From Bacteroidota bacterium (GTDB lineage: Bacteria > Bacteroidota > Bacteroidia > Chitinophagales > BACL12): 53,859 nucleotides of DNA. A program made the translations under genes and the position numbers. A model generated the notes under the pieces. It saw only the letters and a list, made by a program, of their open reading frames with translations. It searched no databases and was not told the origin of the DNA. The DNA is taken from contig JANMLV010000224.1 in the NCBI GenBank assembly GCA_031372705.1, positions 1-53,859 on the forward strand, given 5' to 3'. Shown here in pieces: positions 28,730 through 38,651 of the stretch; within the stretch, counting starts at the first letter, position 1, and each line of letters starts with the position of its first letter.

Positions 28730-29392
28730 ATGACTGATTATCCATTTATTTCATTCAAATCTGACCCAATTAGCGAGGAAGAAATGATGCTAAGAAGCAA
28801 CGCATTTAAAGAATTAATGCAAAAGCGCAGGTCACTCCGATTTTTTAAGGATAAGCAAATTCCGGAAGATGTACTGACTAATATTTTGATAACAGCAGGA
28901 ACTGCGCCATCCGGGGCCAATAAGCAACCATGGACTTTTTGTGTGGTAACGAATAAGGGCTTGAAGGAATCGATTAGAATTGCTGCAGAAAAGGAGGAAA
29001 GACATAGCTATGAGCAGCGAATGCCTGCCGAGTGGCTTGAAGATTTGGCTCCTTTAGGAACCGATTGGCAAAAGCCGTTTCTAGAGACTGCCCCAGTTTT
29101 AATAGTTGTTTTTAAAAGAAACTACGAAGTTGTTGCCGGTAAAAAACGCAATAATTATTACGTTACAGAGAGTGTAGGATTGGCAACCGGATTATTACTT
29201 GCGGCTATTCACAATGCCGGGCTTGTTGCCCTGACACATACGCCAAGTCCGATGGGGTTTTTAAAGGAATTATTGAAACGTCCTGAAAACGAAACACCTT
29301 TTTTACTCATTCCCGTTGGTTTTGCCGCCGAAAATGCAGTAGTGCCCGACATTCGTAAAAAGGACCCTAACGAATTTATTATTAAATATTAG
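28730..29392 (+). CDS. Nitroreductase-superfamily flavoprotein, iodotyrosine deiodinase-like
   Basis: RRSLRFF, TAPSGANKQPWTF, E-x3-Y and K 21 residues after the Y, YVTESVG, LTHTP. Confidence 0.85.
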   Translation: MTDYPFISFKSDPISEEEMMLRSNAFKELMQKRRSLRFFKDKQIPEDVLTNILITAGTAPSGANKQPWTFCVVTNKGLKESIRIAAEKEERHSYEQRMPAEWLEDLAPLGTDWQKPFLETAPVLIVVFKRNYEVVAGKKRNNYYVTESVGLATGLLLAAIHNAGLVALTHTPSPMGFLKELLKRPENETPFLLIPVGFAAENAVVPDIRKKDPNEFIIKY

Positions 29393-29412
29393 TTGGAGAA
29401 CTGCTACTAAAT

Positions 29413-30693
29413 TTGGTTCTTTCATTGTTTAATTTTAATCTTGCATTGGTTAAATTAAGCAACAATTTGAAATCTTCCGATTACATTTCACTAATCGCAG
29501 GCATGTCGGAGAAAATTCCAACGCTCCGTGTTTCTAGCGATGCACAGCAATACTTTGCTGAGCAATTTAAAGCATTATTTCATGTTGATTGCTGTGCTAT
29601 ATACCGTGTAAGTGAAAAGCCGGCTATTTTTATTCGTTCACTGGATTGCAAGCCTTCAAAACGAAATAATAAGCCTAAGTTTAACAATCGACTAACGTTG
29701 CCGGAAACATTAGGAAACAATTGTGATCAATTTGTTTTAATCAACCAACCCGAAAATGTAGATGACTCCAATTGCCAATCAACTATTTATATGGCCGTTA
29801 GAAGGGCCGGTGAAGTGGAAGTAGTGCTATTTGGTTACACATCGCATGCTATTGACAGCAATCCCCTGTTAAACGATATCTGTCGCATTTTTTCAAATTT
29901 CTATTTGCAAGTTGAGGATTCCCTAAAAATTCGCAACAAAATAAATGATAAGCAGCAAGAACTTTCTGGCAGAATTTCTGAAAATAATGAAACACTTTTC
30001 CAATTAAATGAAAAGCTAATTGCGTATAATCAGGAACTGCAACAATTTGCATATTCTGCTTCCCACGATTTACAAGAGCCACTTCGTACAATATCATCTT
30101 ACATTAGTTTATTTCTGAAAAATTATGGCGAACAATTAACTGATGAAGGGAAAGAATACTTGAATTATGCATCAAATGGAGCACAGCGGATGCATCATTT
30201 AATTAAAGATTTACTTACATATAGTAAATTGGACTATCAGAATGAACCGACCACTACTTTTGAAGGTAATGAAATTATTCGTCAAGCGCTCGATAATTTG
30301 CATATAGCAGTTGAAGAAAGTAATGCACTTATTCTATATCCCGATTTTCCTGCAATCCATGGCAACCATTCACAAGTAATTTTACTTTTTCAAAACTTGA
30401 TTGATAATGCGATTAAATTTAGAAGTAAAAACGAGCCATTGGTGATTATTGATATTGAAGATAAACTTGATAAATGGGAGTTTAAAATCAGCGACAACGG
30501 TATTGGTATTGCACAGCAGTTTCAACAGAAAATATTTGGTATTTTTAATAGATTACACGGACGCGATGAAATTCAAGGGTCCGGCTTGGGGCTCTCAATT
30601 TGCAAGAAGATTGTTGAAAAACATAATGGTAGTATTACCGTTGAATCTAAGCACGGAAAAGGAACAACATTCATTTTTTCACTCAGCAAGTAA
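29413..30693 (+). CDS. Cytoplasmic sensor histidine kinase (HisKA + HATPase); start uncertain
   Basis: H-box FAYSASHDLQEPLR, N-box NLIDNAIKF, DNGIG, GSGLGL, GKGTTF; no TM segments. Confidence 0.9.
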   Translation: MVLSLFNFNLALVKLSNNLKSSDYISLIAGMSEKIPTLRVSSDAQQYFAEQFKALFHVDCCAIYRVSEKPAIFIRSLDCKPSKRNNKPKFNNRLTLPETLGNNCDQFVLINQPENVDDSNCQSTIYMAVRRAGEVEVVLFGYTSHAIDSNPLLNDICRIFSNFYLQVEDSLKIRNKINDKQQELSGRISENNETLFQLNEKLIAYNQELQQFAYSASHDLQEPLRTISSYISLFLKNYGEQLTDEGKEYLNYASNGAQRMHHLIKDLLTYSKLDYQNEPTTTFEGNEIIRQALDNLHIAVEESNALILYPDFPAIHGNHSQVILLFQNLIDNAIKFRSKNEPLVIIDIEDKLDKWEFKISDNGIGIAQQFQQKIFGIFNRLHGRDEIQGSGLGLSICKKIVEKHNGSITVESKHGKGTTFIFSLSK

Positions 30694-30735
30694 TTACGCT
30701 TTTTTACAATTTACCATTATTATTAAAATTTTTGT

Positions 30736-31599
30736 ATGCATAAATTATTGATTTTTATTGGTGTATCATTAATTGTATTTGCCGGCTGTGATACAGTGCA
30801 AACTACATCTGAAAAATCTACGACAGATTATCCTCAAGGCAAATTGTTTATAATTGGCGGTGGCGATAGAGGTGATAGTTTGATGATGGATTTGATTGAA
30901 GCATCAGGTTGGAAGCCCGGCGACTTAATTACTACCATCACCTTGCCAAGCGGCTGGGGCGATAGCGCGTATATATGGCTTAATGATGATTTTAAAAAAT
31001 TAACCGGCCAAAATTGTGTAAAATTTGATTCCGCAGCAGTAAATGTTCCGGCAAAAATAGATTCACTCAGAAAATCAAAAATCATTTTTATTAGCGGTGG
31101 CGATCAAGCTGTGATGATGCGCTTAATTAAAGGAACTAATATTAAAGCTGCAATTAATGAAGCATATCAAAACGGGGCACTAATTGGTGGCACAAGTGCC
31201 GGAGCAAGTATAATGAGTGAGCGAATGATCACAGGCAATGGTTTAGTTGATACAGTGTATCAATCAACTTTCGACAAAATTTGGAAGGGAAATCTAGAAT
31301 TGACAGAAGGATTAGGTTTGCTGGATTCAGTGATAATCGATCAACATTTTGTGGCGCGCAGTCGCTATAATAGGCTATTATCAGCTGTAATTCACAATAA
31401 TGGGCTTCAATGTATCGGTATTGATGAAGGCACTGCAATATTAGTGAGCCATGGTAATGCTAAGGTTATAGGTGTGAGCCAAGTAATTGAATTTTCAAAT
31501 CCAATGGAAGTTAATATTACAAACGATACATTATTGGCCGCAAAACAAATACATGTAAGTATTTATTTGCCTGGTAACGATTTTCCTATTAAGCAATAA
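30736..31599 (+). CDS. cphB: Cyanophycinase (peptidase S51), predicted lipoprotein
   Basis: IIGGG, SGGDQ, GTSAGA nucleophile motif, IDQHFVARSR, GIDE; lipobox VFAGC. Confidence 0.88.
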   Translation: MHKLLIFIGVSLIVFAGCDTVQTTSEKSTTDYPQGKLFIIGGGDRGDSLMMDLIEASGWKPGDLITTITLPSGWGDSAYIWLNDDFKKLTGQNCVKFDSAAVNVPAKIDSLRKSKIIFISGGDQAVMMRLIKGTNIKAAINEAYQNGALIGGTSAGASIMSERMITGNGLVDTVYQSTFDKIWKGNLELTEGLGLLDSVIIDQHFVARSRYNRLLSAVIHNNGLQCIGIDEGTAILVSHGNAKVIGVSQVIEFSNPMEVNITNDTLLAAKQIHVSIYLPGNDFPIKQ

Positions 31600-33033
31600 T
31601 TATTTTAGTTGATTAATTTTTTCCAGCATCCAATTGCGCATATAAGATTGATTGCTATTGTTTAATGCAATAACTATTTTTTCTCTCTCTTTTTGTTTAT
31701 AGGAAGGATGTAGCTTCGCAATTGCACTTATTTGTTTAATGAAATGTGTAAATTGATCATTGGTAGCTTTGTCTACAATTGATTTGTTATACATTAAGAA
31801 TTGGCGAAAACTTTCGAGGAAAGCTGAAAGTAAATCCCATTCTTTTTTTGTTAGGTATATCATACTTTGCAATGCGCGCAATTCATATTTAATCATTAAG
31901 TTTTCTGTTTCAACTGAAACTAATTGTTGATGCGCTAGCTCATAATCACTGCTGAAAAAATTAATCCATGCGTTACATAAGTGTAATGTGGACGTTTTAA
32001 TATTTGGAGCAATTGCATCTATATTTTCACTTAGTGCTTTCTTGGCATATACTATTTCGCCCATTTGTAAGGCGTTTAGTATTGCATTATAAAGTGAAGA
32101 GTAGGAGAGCCCTTTTGCGCCCGTCCACAGTTTTTTATTCAGCTTTAAATCGTATAATTTGAATAATTCGGCTCTCCATTTTTCATCATGTGATACACTG
32201 GTATTTGCATAGTCCAACAATCCAATTAGAATGTTTTCCATATACTTGTTGGGTAACCTGTTTTCGTTTAACTTGAACACAGTTATTGCTTTAATGAAAT
32301 GGTGCTCATCGCCTTCAATATTTGCTTTTAACAACCAATATAACATCTCAACTTCAGGATTAGGAAAAGGTTGCAACGCTTCGTATAGTTCTATAAATGC
32401 GCTAATCCTTTTAATATCCAATGGCAAGTTTAAACTTCTTGTAGCTTTAATGTAATTCAATAGCGAAGTATAAATTCTTACTAAAGCCCAAGAGGTAATA
32501 ATCAAATGTGTTTTGTCGTTGCTCATGTAAACATCAGAGGCCTGTAAGCTTTTTCTGTTGCTGTAGATGTTGTGCAGTATTTTAATATCGTTAATCCAGA
32601 TTGCAGACTTTAACTGTTCCTCAATATTATATTGTCTTTTTGCAAGCTGCGCATCTATTTTTTTTATATTTTTTTCTACTAAATCCAACAAGTTGCGTTG
32701 TAATAGGAATAAGTTCAAGTAATGCTCTTTTATAGTGTTGCCATCTTTTAAGGCTTCTTGGGCAATAAATTCCTGCATCATTATCAAAAAATCTGAGCAT
32801 AGATTGCGATAAGCGGCATCATTATAATGCTTTATTTTTGACGTTAGGGTAAATATTCTCGTTTTTTCCTTTTCATTCAGGTTGAACTCAGGAAAATAGG
32901 GTGTTAAATTTTGATAGAACCGTGTAAACTTTTCATTCTTATTAAAGTAAGGCGAGGCAATAAAATCGCCAAACAACTTCCATTCCTGTTTATTGAGTAT
33001 TTGTAAAACTTGTTGAAGGTAAGTCTTCTCCAT
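31600..33033 (-). CDS. Hypothetical helical cytoplasmic protein
   Basis: 477-aa ORF, F-x2-SPYFN N-terminal motif, helical-repeat-like composition; no catalytic motif recognised. Confidence 0.75.
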   Translation of the reverse strand: MEKTYLQQVLQILNKQEWKLFGDFIASPYFNKNEKFTRFYQNLTPYFPEFNLNEKEKTRIFTLTSKIKHYNDAAYRNLCSDFLIMMQEFIAQEALKDGNTIKEHYLNLFLLQRNLLDLVEKNIKKIDAQLAKRQYNIEEQLKSAIWINDIKILHNIYSNRKSLQASDVYMSNDKTHLIITSWALVRIYTSLLNYIKATRSLNLPLDIKRISAFIELYEALQPFPNPEVEMLYWLLKANIEGDEHHFIKAITVFKLNENRLPNKYMENILIGLLDYANTSVSHDEKWRAELFKLYDLKLNKKLWTGAKGLSYSSLYNAILNALQMGEIVYAKKALSENIDAIAPNIKTSTLHLCNAWINFFSSDYELAHQQLVSVETENLMIKYELRALQSMIYLTKKEWDLLSAFLESFRQFLMYNKSIVDKATNDQFTHFIKQISAIAKLHPSYKQKEREKIVIALNNSNQSYMRNWMLEKINQLK

Positions 33034-33152
33034 GCTACAAATCTCTAAATTATGTTAAACAATCCAAAATTTTAAAGTAGTTTATTTAATAAATACTTAT
33101 TAATTAAACTCCAAGTAGCATATTTGAGTTAATTTATTAATAAGGCTATTTA

Positions 33153-34160
33153 CTAATTTAGTTTGATAAAACTTGCTTGATTTATTTTGCTCAAGGATGT
33201 TACAATTATAAAGTAGTATCCGGCCGGTAATATTTCGACATTTATTAATTCACCGGATTTAATACTTGTGCTTTTATATACGCGTCCTGATATATCGCAT
33301 ATAGATAATTCTGCAAAGGCTTCCTCTTCGAAATTGATACGAATATTATTGCCGTTTACAGGGTTTGGTGTAATTAGAATTTCATTGTATTTTAAGTCGG
33401 AAGTTATTGCGTTTACAACTATTGTCGAATCGCTAAATGTTGATTCAGAAGCTGATTGAACAACTGATTTTGTATCCGATTCTTGTAAAATGGCTATCGT
33501 AAATAGTCGATTATTTTCCCAATTAATATCAAGTGGCGATTCTGTGAAAATAGATATCGAATCGCCAACCATTTCCGGTAAAAAAATACTATTGCCTGTA
33601 GTTGCAGTGAGCGATTTTCTAAATACATCATAATGTTGGTCTTCACCGTTGCCTCCTGTATAAAAAACCGTGTCTTCTGCAAGTGCAACAAATAACTTCA
33701 ACTCACCCAAATCATGTGCTTCAACAGTTTTTATTGTTATTTCATTTTTTACATAGTTATCATTAAAAATGGTTTGCTTAATGCTAATCGCAGCAGGTGA
33801 GGTTTGTCCTGTAAAAGGACTGAAAATTGCCGGATCCGAAAAATTAGCACCTGCAGATACTACACTTCCTTGAATTACTAATCTTGGTGTTCCTCCATAA
33901 ATGCCATAATAATTTGTTCGGTCGTCATTTTCAGCAACATTATTTTGATTTAATAAACAATAGTCGTAAGGTGAGCTTGGATGTATGGCTAAATGCAATA
34001 TACCCGGCTGCGTTGCTAGGTTGCCGTAAAACCCCGGATTTTTTGTTGCGCAAATACTACATTCTGAGTTTGTAAAGTGCTCAACTACTATTGTTTTTGG
34101 TGCTTGTCCATAAACTGCATTCAAAGTAAAAATCGCCACTATTAACATGATATTCCGCAT
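33153..34160 (-). CDS. Omp28-like protein (thioredoxin-like CxxC + Ig-like) with T9SS domain
   Basis: Start MRNIML; VEHFTNSECSIC, GTP, VALAED, H-x2-VFR, AILQ; ITPNPV...LPAGYY sorting domain. Confidence 0.85.
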   Translation of the reverse strand: MRNIMLIVAIFTLNAVYGQAPKTIVVEHFTNSECSICATKNPGFYGNLATQPGILHLAIHPSSPYDYCLLNQNNVAENDDRTNYYGIYGGTPRLVIQGSVVSAGANFSDPAIFSPFTGQTSPAAISIKQTIFNDNYVKNEITIKTVEAHDLGELKLFVALAEDTVFYTGGNGEDQHYDVFRKSLTATTGNSIFLPEMVGDSISIFTESPLDINWENNRLFTIAILQESDTKSVVQSASESTFSDSTIVVNAITSDLKYNEILITPNPVNGNNIRINFEEEAFAELSICDISGRVYKSTSIKSGELINVEILPAGYYFIIVTSLSKINQASFIKLN

Positions 34161-34514
34161 AAATAACTTTTTTTGAAAAACCATTCTATATACGAAATAG
34201 TTCAAATTTGGATTTTTTAATGCATTTATATTGATGCTTTTGGCTCAAAAATGGCCGTATGCAGGCTAGTTTCATTTGTCTGAAATCATTTATTATAGAT
34301 GCTTTCTGCGATTTTATTGGTTTCTTTAGTCACTTGAAAGCTACAATCTAAAATTTTTCTACTGGTTTACCTTCAGCAAGTTTTGTCCTTTTGCCTTTGT
34401 TATGGGCCAACAACCTTTATATGCATATAGTAAATGTAAATATCGGTCACCCAAAAACTAGTTTTAGAAAACATTTAAATAACAAATAAACATTTAACCA
34501 TTAAAAAAATCAAA

Positions 34515-36257
34515 ATGAAAAAGCAATTACTTTTATTCGCTGCTGCACTATTAGCCGGTTTCGGAACTATTTCAGCACAAACAAACATTTATCCAAGTTC
34601 GGGCAGTGCCGGTTTAGGAACTATTACGCCTGTATCATCTGCCTTGTTGGATATGCAGAGCACCTCGCAAGGGTTACTCGCACCACGTATGACAAAAGTG
34701 CAGCGCGATGCGATTGTTTCTCCGGCAACAGGATTGTTAATCTATCAAACAAACTCAACACCAGGGTTCTATTACTTTAGTGGATCTGCATGGACTGCAA
34801 TTTCCAGTAAAGGAGCTAATACAAGTTTGTCGAATTTGGCTGCCGGAGGTACTTCAATTAATGTTGGTTTAACCCCTGCTACTAATAATACAATTGATTT
34901 GGGATCAACAACAAATAATTGGAATGAAGTTTTCGTAAATTCAATTAAATTTATGGATGGCACAACACAATCTACTGCAACAGTTGGAGGTGGCGGTGGA
35001 GGTTTGGCAGGAAGCGGCTCCACTAATTATTTACCAAAATTTACTGCAGCTACTACCGTTGGTAATTCGACCATATACGACAATTTCGGAAATGTAGGAC
35101 TAAACACTACTTCAATGGTGGGCTCAGCAAATTTTACTGCTAAATCTTTAAATACAACAGGTTACGGTGGTATGTATGTTGATATGGGTGGCGCTAGCGG
35201 AAGAAAACCATTTTACGGTTATGCAGTTGGCGGCTCCGCAAAAGCATGGACTTATTTTGATGAAGCTACAAATCAATTCAGAATAAATAACAATGGCGAT
35301 CAATTTATAATTGATAATGCAGGACAAATTGGTATAGGAACTACTTCTCCGGATGCAAAATTAAAAGTTGAAACATCAGGAACAGTACCTGTAATGAAAG
35401 TAACTAAGCCATGGACCGGTGTTGGCGCAACTAATTTTAATTTAGTTGAAATAAGTAACACTTATACATTTGGATACGGAACAGGCTTGCAAGCCGGCGG
35501 CGGACAAACAGGATTAAAAGGTGTGGCTTCTAATGGTGCTAATACCGGCTATGGTGTATACGGAACTGCATTTGGCGCTGCCGGTTTATCAATAGGTGTT
35601 TATGGAACCGCGGGAGCTACTGCCGGTCCGGCATATGGCGTTTATGGAACCACTACAAGTGGAACTACTCAATACGCAGGTTACTTTGAAGGTCGTGGAT
35701 ACTTTTCAAGCAATGTGGGTATTGGAACAACATCACCATCAGTTAGAATGCACATCGACGGCGGCACTGATGCATCACTTGCATCGGGCGGATTTATAGT
35801 TAACGGTGAAACAACCGGTACAAATTTGACTATAGATAATAATGAAATTATGGCTAGAAATAATGGTGTTGCATCAACACTTTATTTGAATAACGACGGT
35901 GGAAACATCAGTATGTGCTATTCAAGTGGTAGTGTTATGATAGGCGCATCTGTTCCTGCAACAGGATATTTATTGTCAGTAGATGGCAAAGTAATGTGTG
36001 AAGAATTAAAAGTGCAATTAAGTGAAAGCTGGCCTGATTACGTATTTGCCGATGATTATAAATTATTGTCATTATACGAATTAGAAGCATCCATTAAAGC
36101 TAACAACCACCTGCCCGGTATTCCTTCAGCAAGTGAAGTTGAAGCAGAAGGTATTGCTGTAGGTGAAATGCAAGTGCAAATGATGGAAAAAATTGAGGAA
36201 TTAACCTTATACATCATTGAATTACAGAAGCAAATTGATGCTTTAAAAGCAAACTAA
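34515..36257 (+). CDS. Exported Gly-rich fibre-like protein with C-terminal intramolecular-chaperone-like domain
   Basis: Signal peptide; LDMQSTSQGLLAPRMT...GLLIYQT...GFYYF module; GIGTTSP repeats; YGVYG repeats; WPDYVF...NNHLPGIPSA...EKIEELTLYII coiled coil. Confidence 0.75.
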   Translation: MKKQLLLFAAALLAGFGTISAQTNIYPSSGSAGLGTITPVSSALLDMQSTSQGLLAPRMTKVQRDAIVSPATGLLIYQTNSTPGFYYFSGSAWTAISSKGANTSLSNLAAGGTSINVGLTPATNNTIDLGSTTNNWNEVFVNSIKFMDGTTQSTATVGGGGGGLAGSGSTNYLPKFTAATTVGNSTIYDNFGNVGLNTTSMVGSANFTAKSLNTTGYGGMYVDMGGASGRKPFYGYAVGGSAKAWTYFDEATNQFRINNNGDQFIIDNAGQIGIGTTSPDAKLKVETSGTVPVMKVTKPWTGVGATNFNLVEISNTYTFGYGTGLQAGGGQTGLKGVASNGANTGYGVYGTAFGAAGLSIGVYGTAGATAGPAYGVYGTTTSGTTQYAGYFEGRGYFSSNVGIGTTSPSVRMHIDGGTDASLASGGFIVNGETTGTNLTIDNNEIMARNNGVASTLYLNNDGGNISMCYSSGSVMIGASVPATGYLLSVDGKVMCEELKVQLSESWPDYVFADDYKLLSLYELEASIKANNHLPGIPSASEVEAEGIAVGEMQVQMMEKIEELTLYIIELQKQIDALKAN

Positions 36258-36285
36258 ATTGATTTCAACTTTTAAAATTACCATT

Positions 36286-38583
36286 ATGAAAAAATTATTA
36301 ATGGCATTTGCAATAATGTATTGCGTAAGTGGAAATTCAATTTTCGCACAACAAACGCAATTATCGCAAGTAGCTGAAAAAAAACACGGCGCTTATATTA
36401 AGCCCGGCAGCAAGCCCGATTGGATTGAGTTTAAAAAGGAAGTGCCGTTTAATGCTGAAAATATTTTTCGCGATGCACCGGATTTAATTGGGATGTCATC
36501 AAACGATGAGATGCGTTTATTTAAAACAAATATTGATGCAGCCGGTAATAAGCATTTTAAATTCGCGCAGTTTTTTAAAGGTGTGCGTATTGAGGGTTTA
36601 GAATATTATGCACATGAGCGCAATAGTGTATTGCATCTCATCAACGGAACTTTTGTGGCAGATATTAATTTGAATACAATACCGGCAATTTCCGGTGAAC
36701 AAGCTGTTCAAACTATGCTAGCTGCTTATCCCGCTGAAAAATATTTGTGGGAAGATGTTGATGCTGAAGCTGCATTTAAAATTAAACGCAAGAATGAACT
36801 TGCCACATTGTATCCAACACCGGAATTATTAATAGTAAAAATAAATCCCACAGGTCCTTTTTTGGCAAGTAATTATACCTTGGCATATCGTATGTATGTG
36901 TTTGCAAAAAAGCCGCATATTGCACAATACGTTTATGTAAATGCACAAACCGGAGCAATACTCAGAGATAAAAGTTTAGACCATAGTTGTAATACTACTA
37001 CAGTGGAAACAACGTTTAATGGTCCGCAATTAATGTATACCGATTATAGAGAAGAATCTTGTAATGATGGATCGGATGAATTTGCCTATTTCTCAATTAA
37101 CGATTGTAATACCGATTCGGAAATTAGAAGCAATATGGAAGATGCTGATGGCGACGATTATTTAATTTGCGATGAGGATAATGATTGGAGTTGGATTGGC
37201 CCAGGTGTCAGCGGCATGATGGCGATAACTTCACTGTGGACAATTTCTGAATCATTTAAATACTATGATATCGTTCACGGTCACGAAAGTTTTGATGGTA
37301 GCTCCGGATTAATCGATTTATTTAGCAATCATACTTATTATGATGACGATGATAATCCTTATTGCACAAATGCAAATTATACATCTATATTAGATAATAT
37401 TTATTTTGGCTCAGGAAACGATTGTATACCCGGAACTACCGATGATTATAATACACTCGATATTGCCGGTCACGAATTTATGCACGGAATTATTGAGTAT
37501 GCACATTTTGATGCATTAGATTATTCAGAAGAAAGTGGTGCACTCAACGAATCGTTTGCAGATATTTTTGGTGAAATGGTAGAATATTGGATAGAAGGTG
37601 GTGCTTCACCAAGTTGGCTGATGGCAGAAGATAGAGGCGCTATTCGCTCAATGAGCAGCCCCAACGATTTTAATGATCCGGATACTTACTATGGTGATTT
37701 TTGGGCACCACTGGACGGCGATGATAATGGCGGAGTACATATAAATTCCGGAATTCAAAATCACATGTTTTATTTATTAAGTGAGGGTGGTGAAGGTGTA
37801 AACGATTACGATGTAGAATATCATGTAGATGGCATCGGCTATGTAAAAGCGCGAACAATTGCTTGGAGTGCGATGATGAATTACTTAAACGCGGCCGACG
37901 GATATTTTACGGCTAGAAACGCCTGGATACAAGCAGCAATCGATTTATATGGAAGTTGTTCACAGGAAGTAATTTCTGTTGGTCAAGCTTTTCAAGCAGT
38001 TGGCGTAACTAAATTTACCGCTTATGATATTGCTTCTGTTTGCGGAACTTATTTTTTTACAGGTTTTGCTGATGCAACTTATGCTATCGAAAATAAAAGT
38101 GTTGTAGTTGGCGAATTTCTTTTGCCTTGTGCAACTACAATAAATTCACCTGCAGTTGTTACTTTCGAATCAGGATATTATATTAATTTAAGTCCGGGAT
38201 TTGAAGCTAAATCAGGTTCCACTTTTGTGGCTTGGATAGATGAATGTGAAATAAGTGAGTATGATCCTGGCGGTTTGCGTTATGTGGCTCCAATTGAAGA
38301 TGAAGTTGTAGAAAATGAAAATAGAACTCAAATGGAAGTATTTCCTGTGCCCACAGCAAACAACATCACATTAGCTATAACGTTAGCTAACAGCGCAATC
38401 GCAAATTTATATGTATCAGATATTGCAGGCCGATTTGTTGCCAACTGGATGATTAATCAACAAGTAAATGAAGGTACCCATCAATTTGAATTTGATGCAA
38501 GTAATTTACCTTCAGGTATTTATTATGCAACATTCAAAACAAATAATGAAATGCAAACTGCAAAATTTGTAGTCCAACATTAA
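36286..38583 (+). CDS. M4 (thermolysin-family) metalloprotease with T9SS domain
   Basis: FTP/PepSY propeptide, HEFMH, ESGALNESFAD, GGVHINSG, LSPGFEAKSGSTF module, VFPVPT...LPSGIY. Confidence 0.93.
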   Translation: MKKLLMAFAIMYCVSGNSIFAQQTQLSQVAEKKHGAYIKPGSKPDWIEFKKEVPFNAENIFRDAPDLIGMSSNDEMRLFKTNIDAAGNKHFKFAQFFKGVRIEGLEYYAHERNSVLHLINGTFVADINLNTIPAISGEQAVQTMLAAYPAEKYLWEDVDAEAAFKIKRKNELATLYPTPELLIVKINPTGPFLASNYTLAYRMYVFAKKPHIAQYVYVNAQTGAILRDKSLDHSCNTTTVETTFNGPQLMYTDYREESCNDGSDEFAYFSINDCNTDSEIRSNMEDADGDDYLICDEDNDWSWIGPGVSGMMAITSLWTISESFKYYDIVHGHESFDGSSGLIDLFSNHTYYDDDDNPYCTNANYTSILDNIYFGSGNDCIPGTTDDYNTLDIAGHEFMHGIIEYAHFDALDYSEESGALNESFADIFGEMVEYWIEGGASPSWLMAEDRGAIRSMSSPNDFNDPDTYYGDFWAPLDGDDNGGVHINSGIQNHMFYLLSEGGEGVNDYDVEYHVDGIGYVKARTIAWSAMMNYLNAADGYFTARNAWIQAAIDLYGSCSQEVISVGQAFQAVGVTKFTAYDIASVCGTYFFTGFADATYAIENKSVVVGEFLLPCATTINSPAVVTFESGYYINLSPGFEAKSGSTFVAWIDECEISEYDPGGLRYVAPIEDEVVENENRTQMEVFPVPTANNITLAITLANSAIANLYVSDIAGRFVANWMINQQVNEGTHQFEFDASNLPSGIYYATFKTNNEMQTAKFVVQH

Positions 38584-38600
38584 TAAAATAATTAATTTAC

Positions 38601-38641
38601 AAAAAAAGGGACGCACTAAGTAATTAATGCATCCCTTTTTT
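38601..38641. terminator. Bidirectional terminator (imperfect stem)
   Basis: AAAAAAAGGGA...TCCCTTTTTT between convergent genes. Confidence 0.7.
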
Positions 38642-38651
38642 GTGTTTGAAT

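Noticed and set aside
34515-36257. Prophage inferred from the tail-fibre-like gene
   Set aside because: The protein has a Sec signal peptide, and there are no capsid, terminase, integrase or lysis genes nearby.
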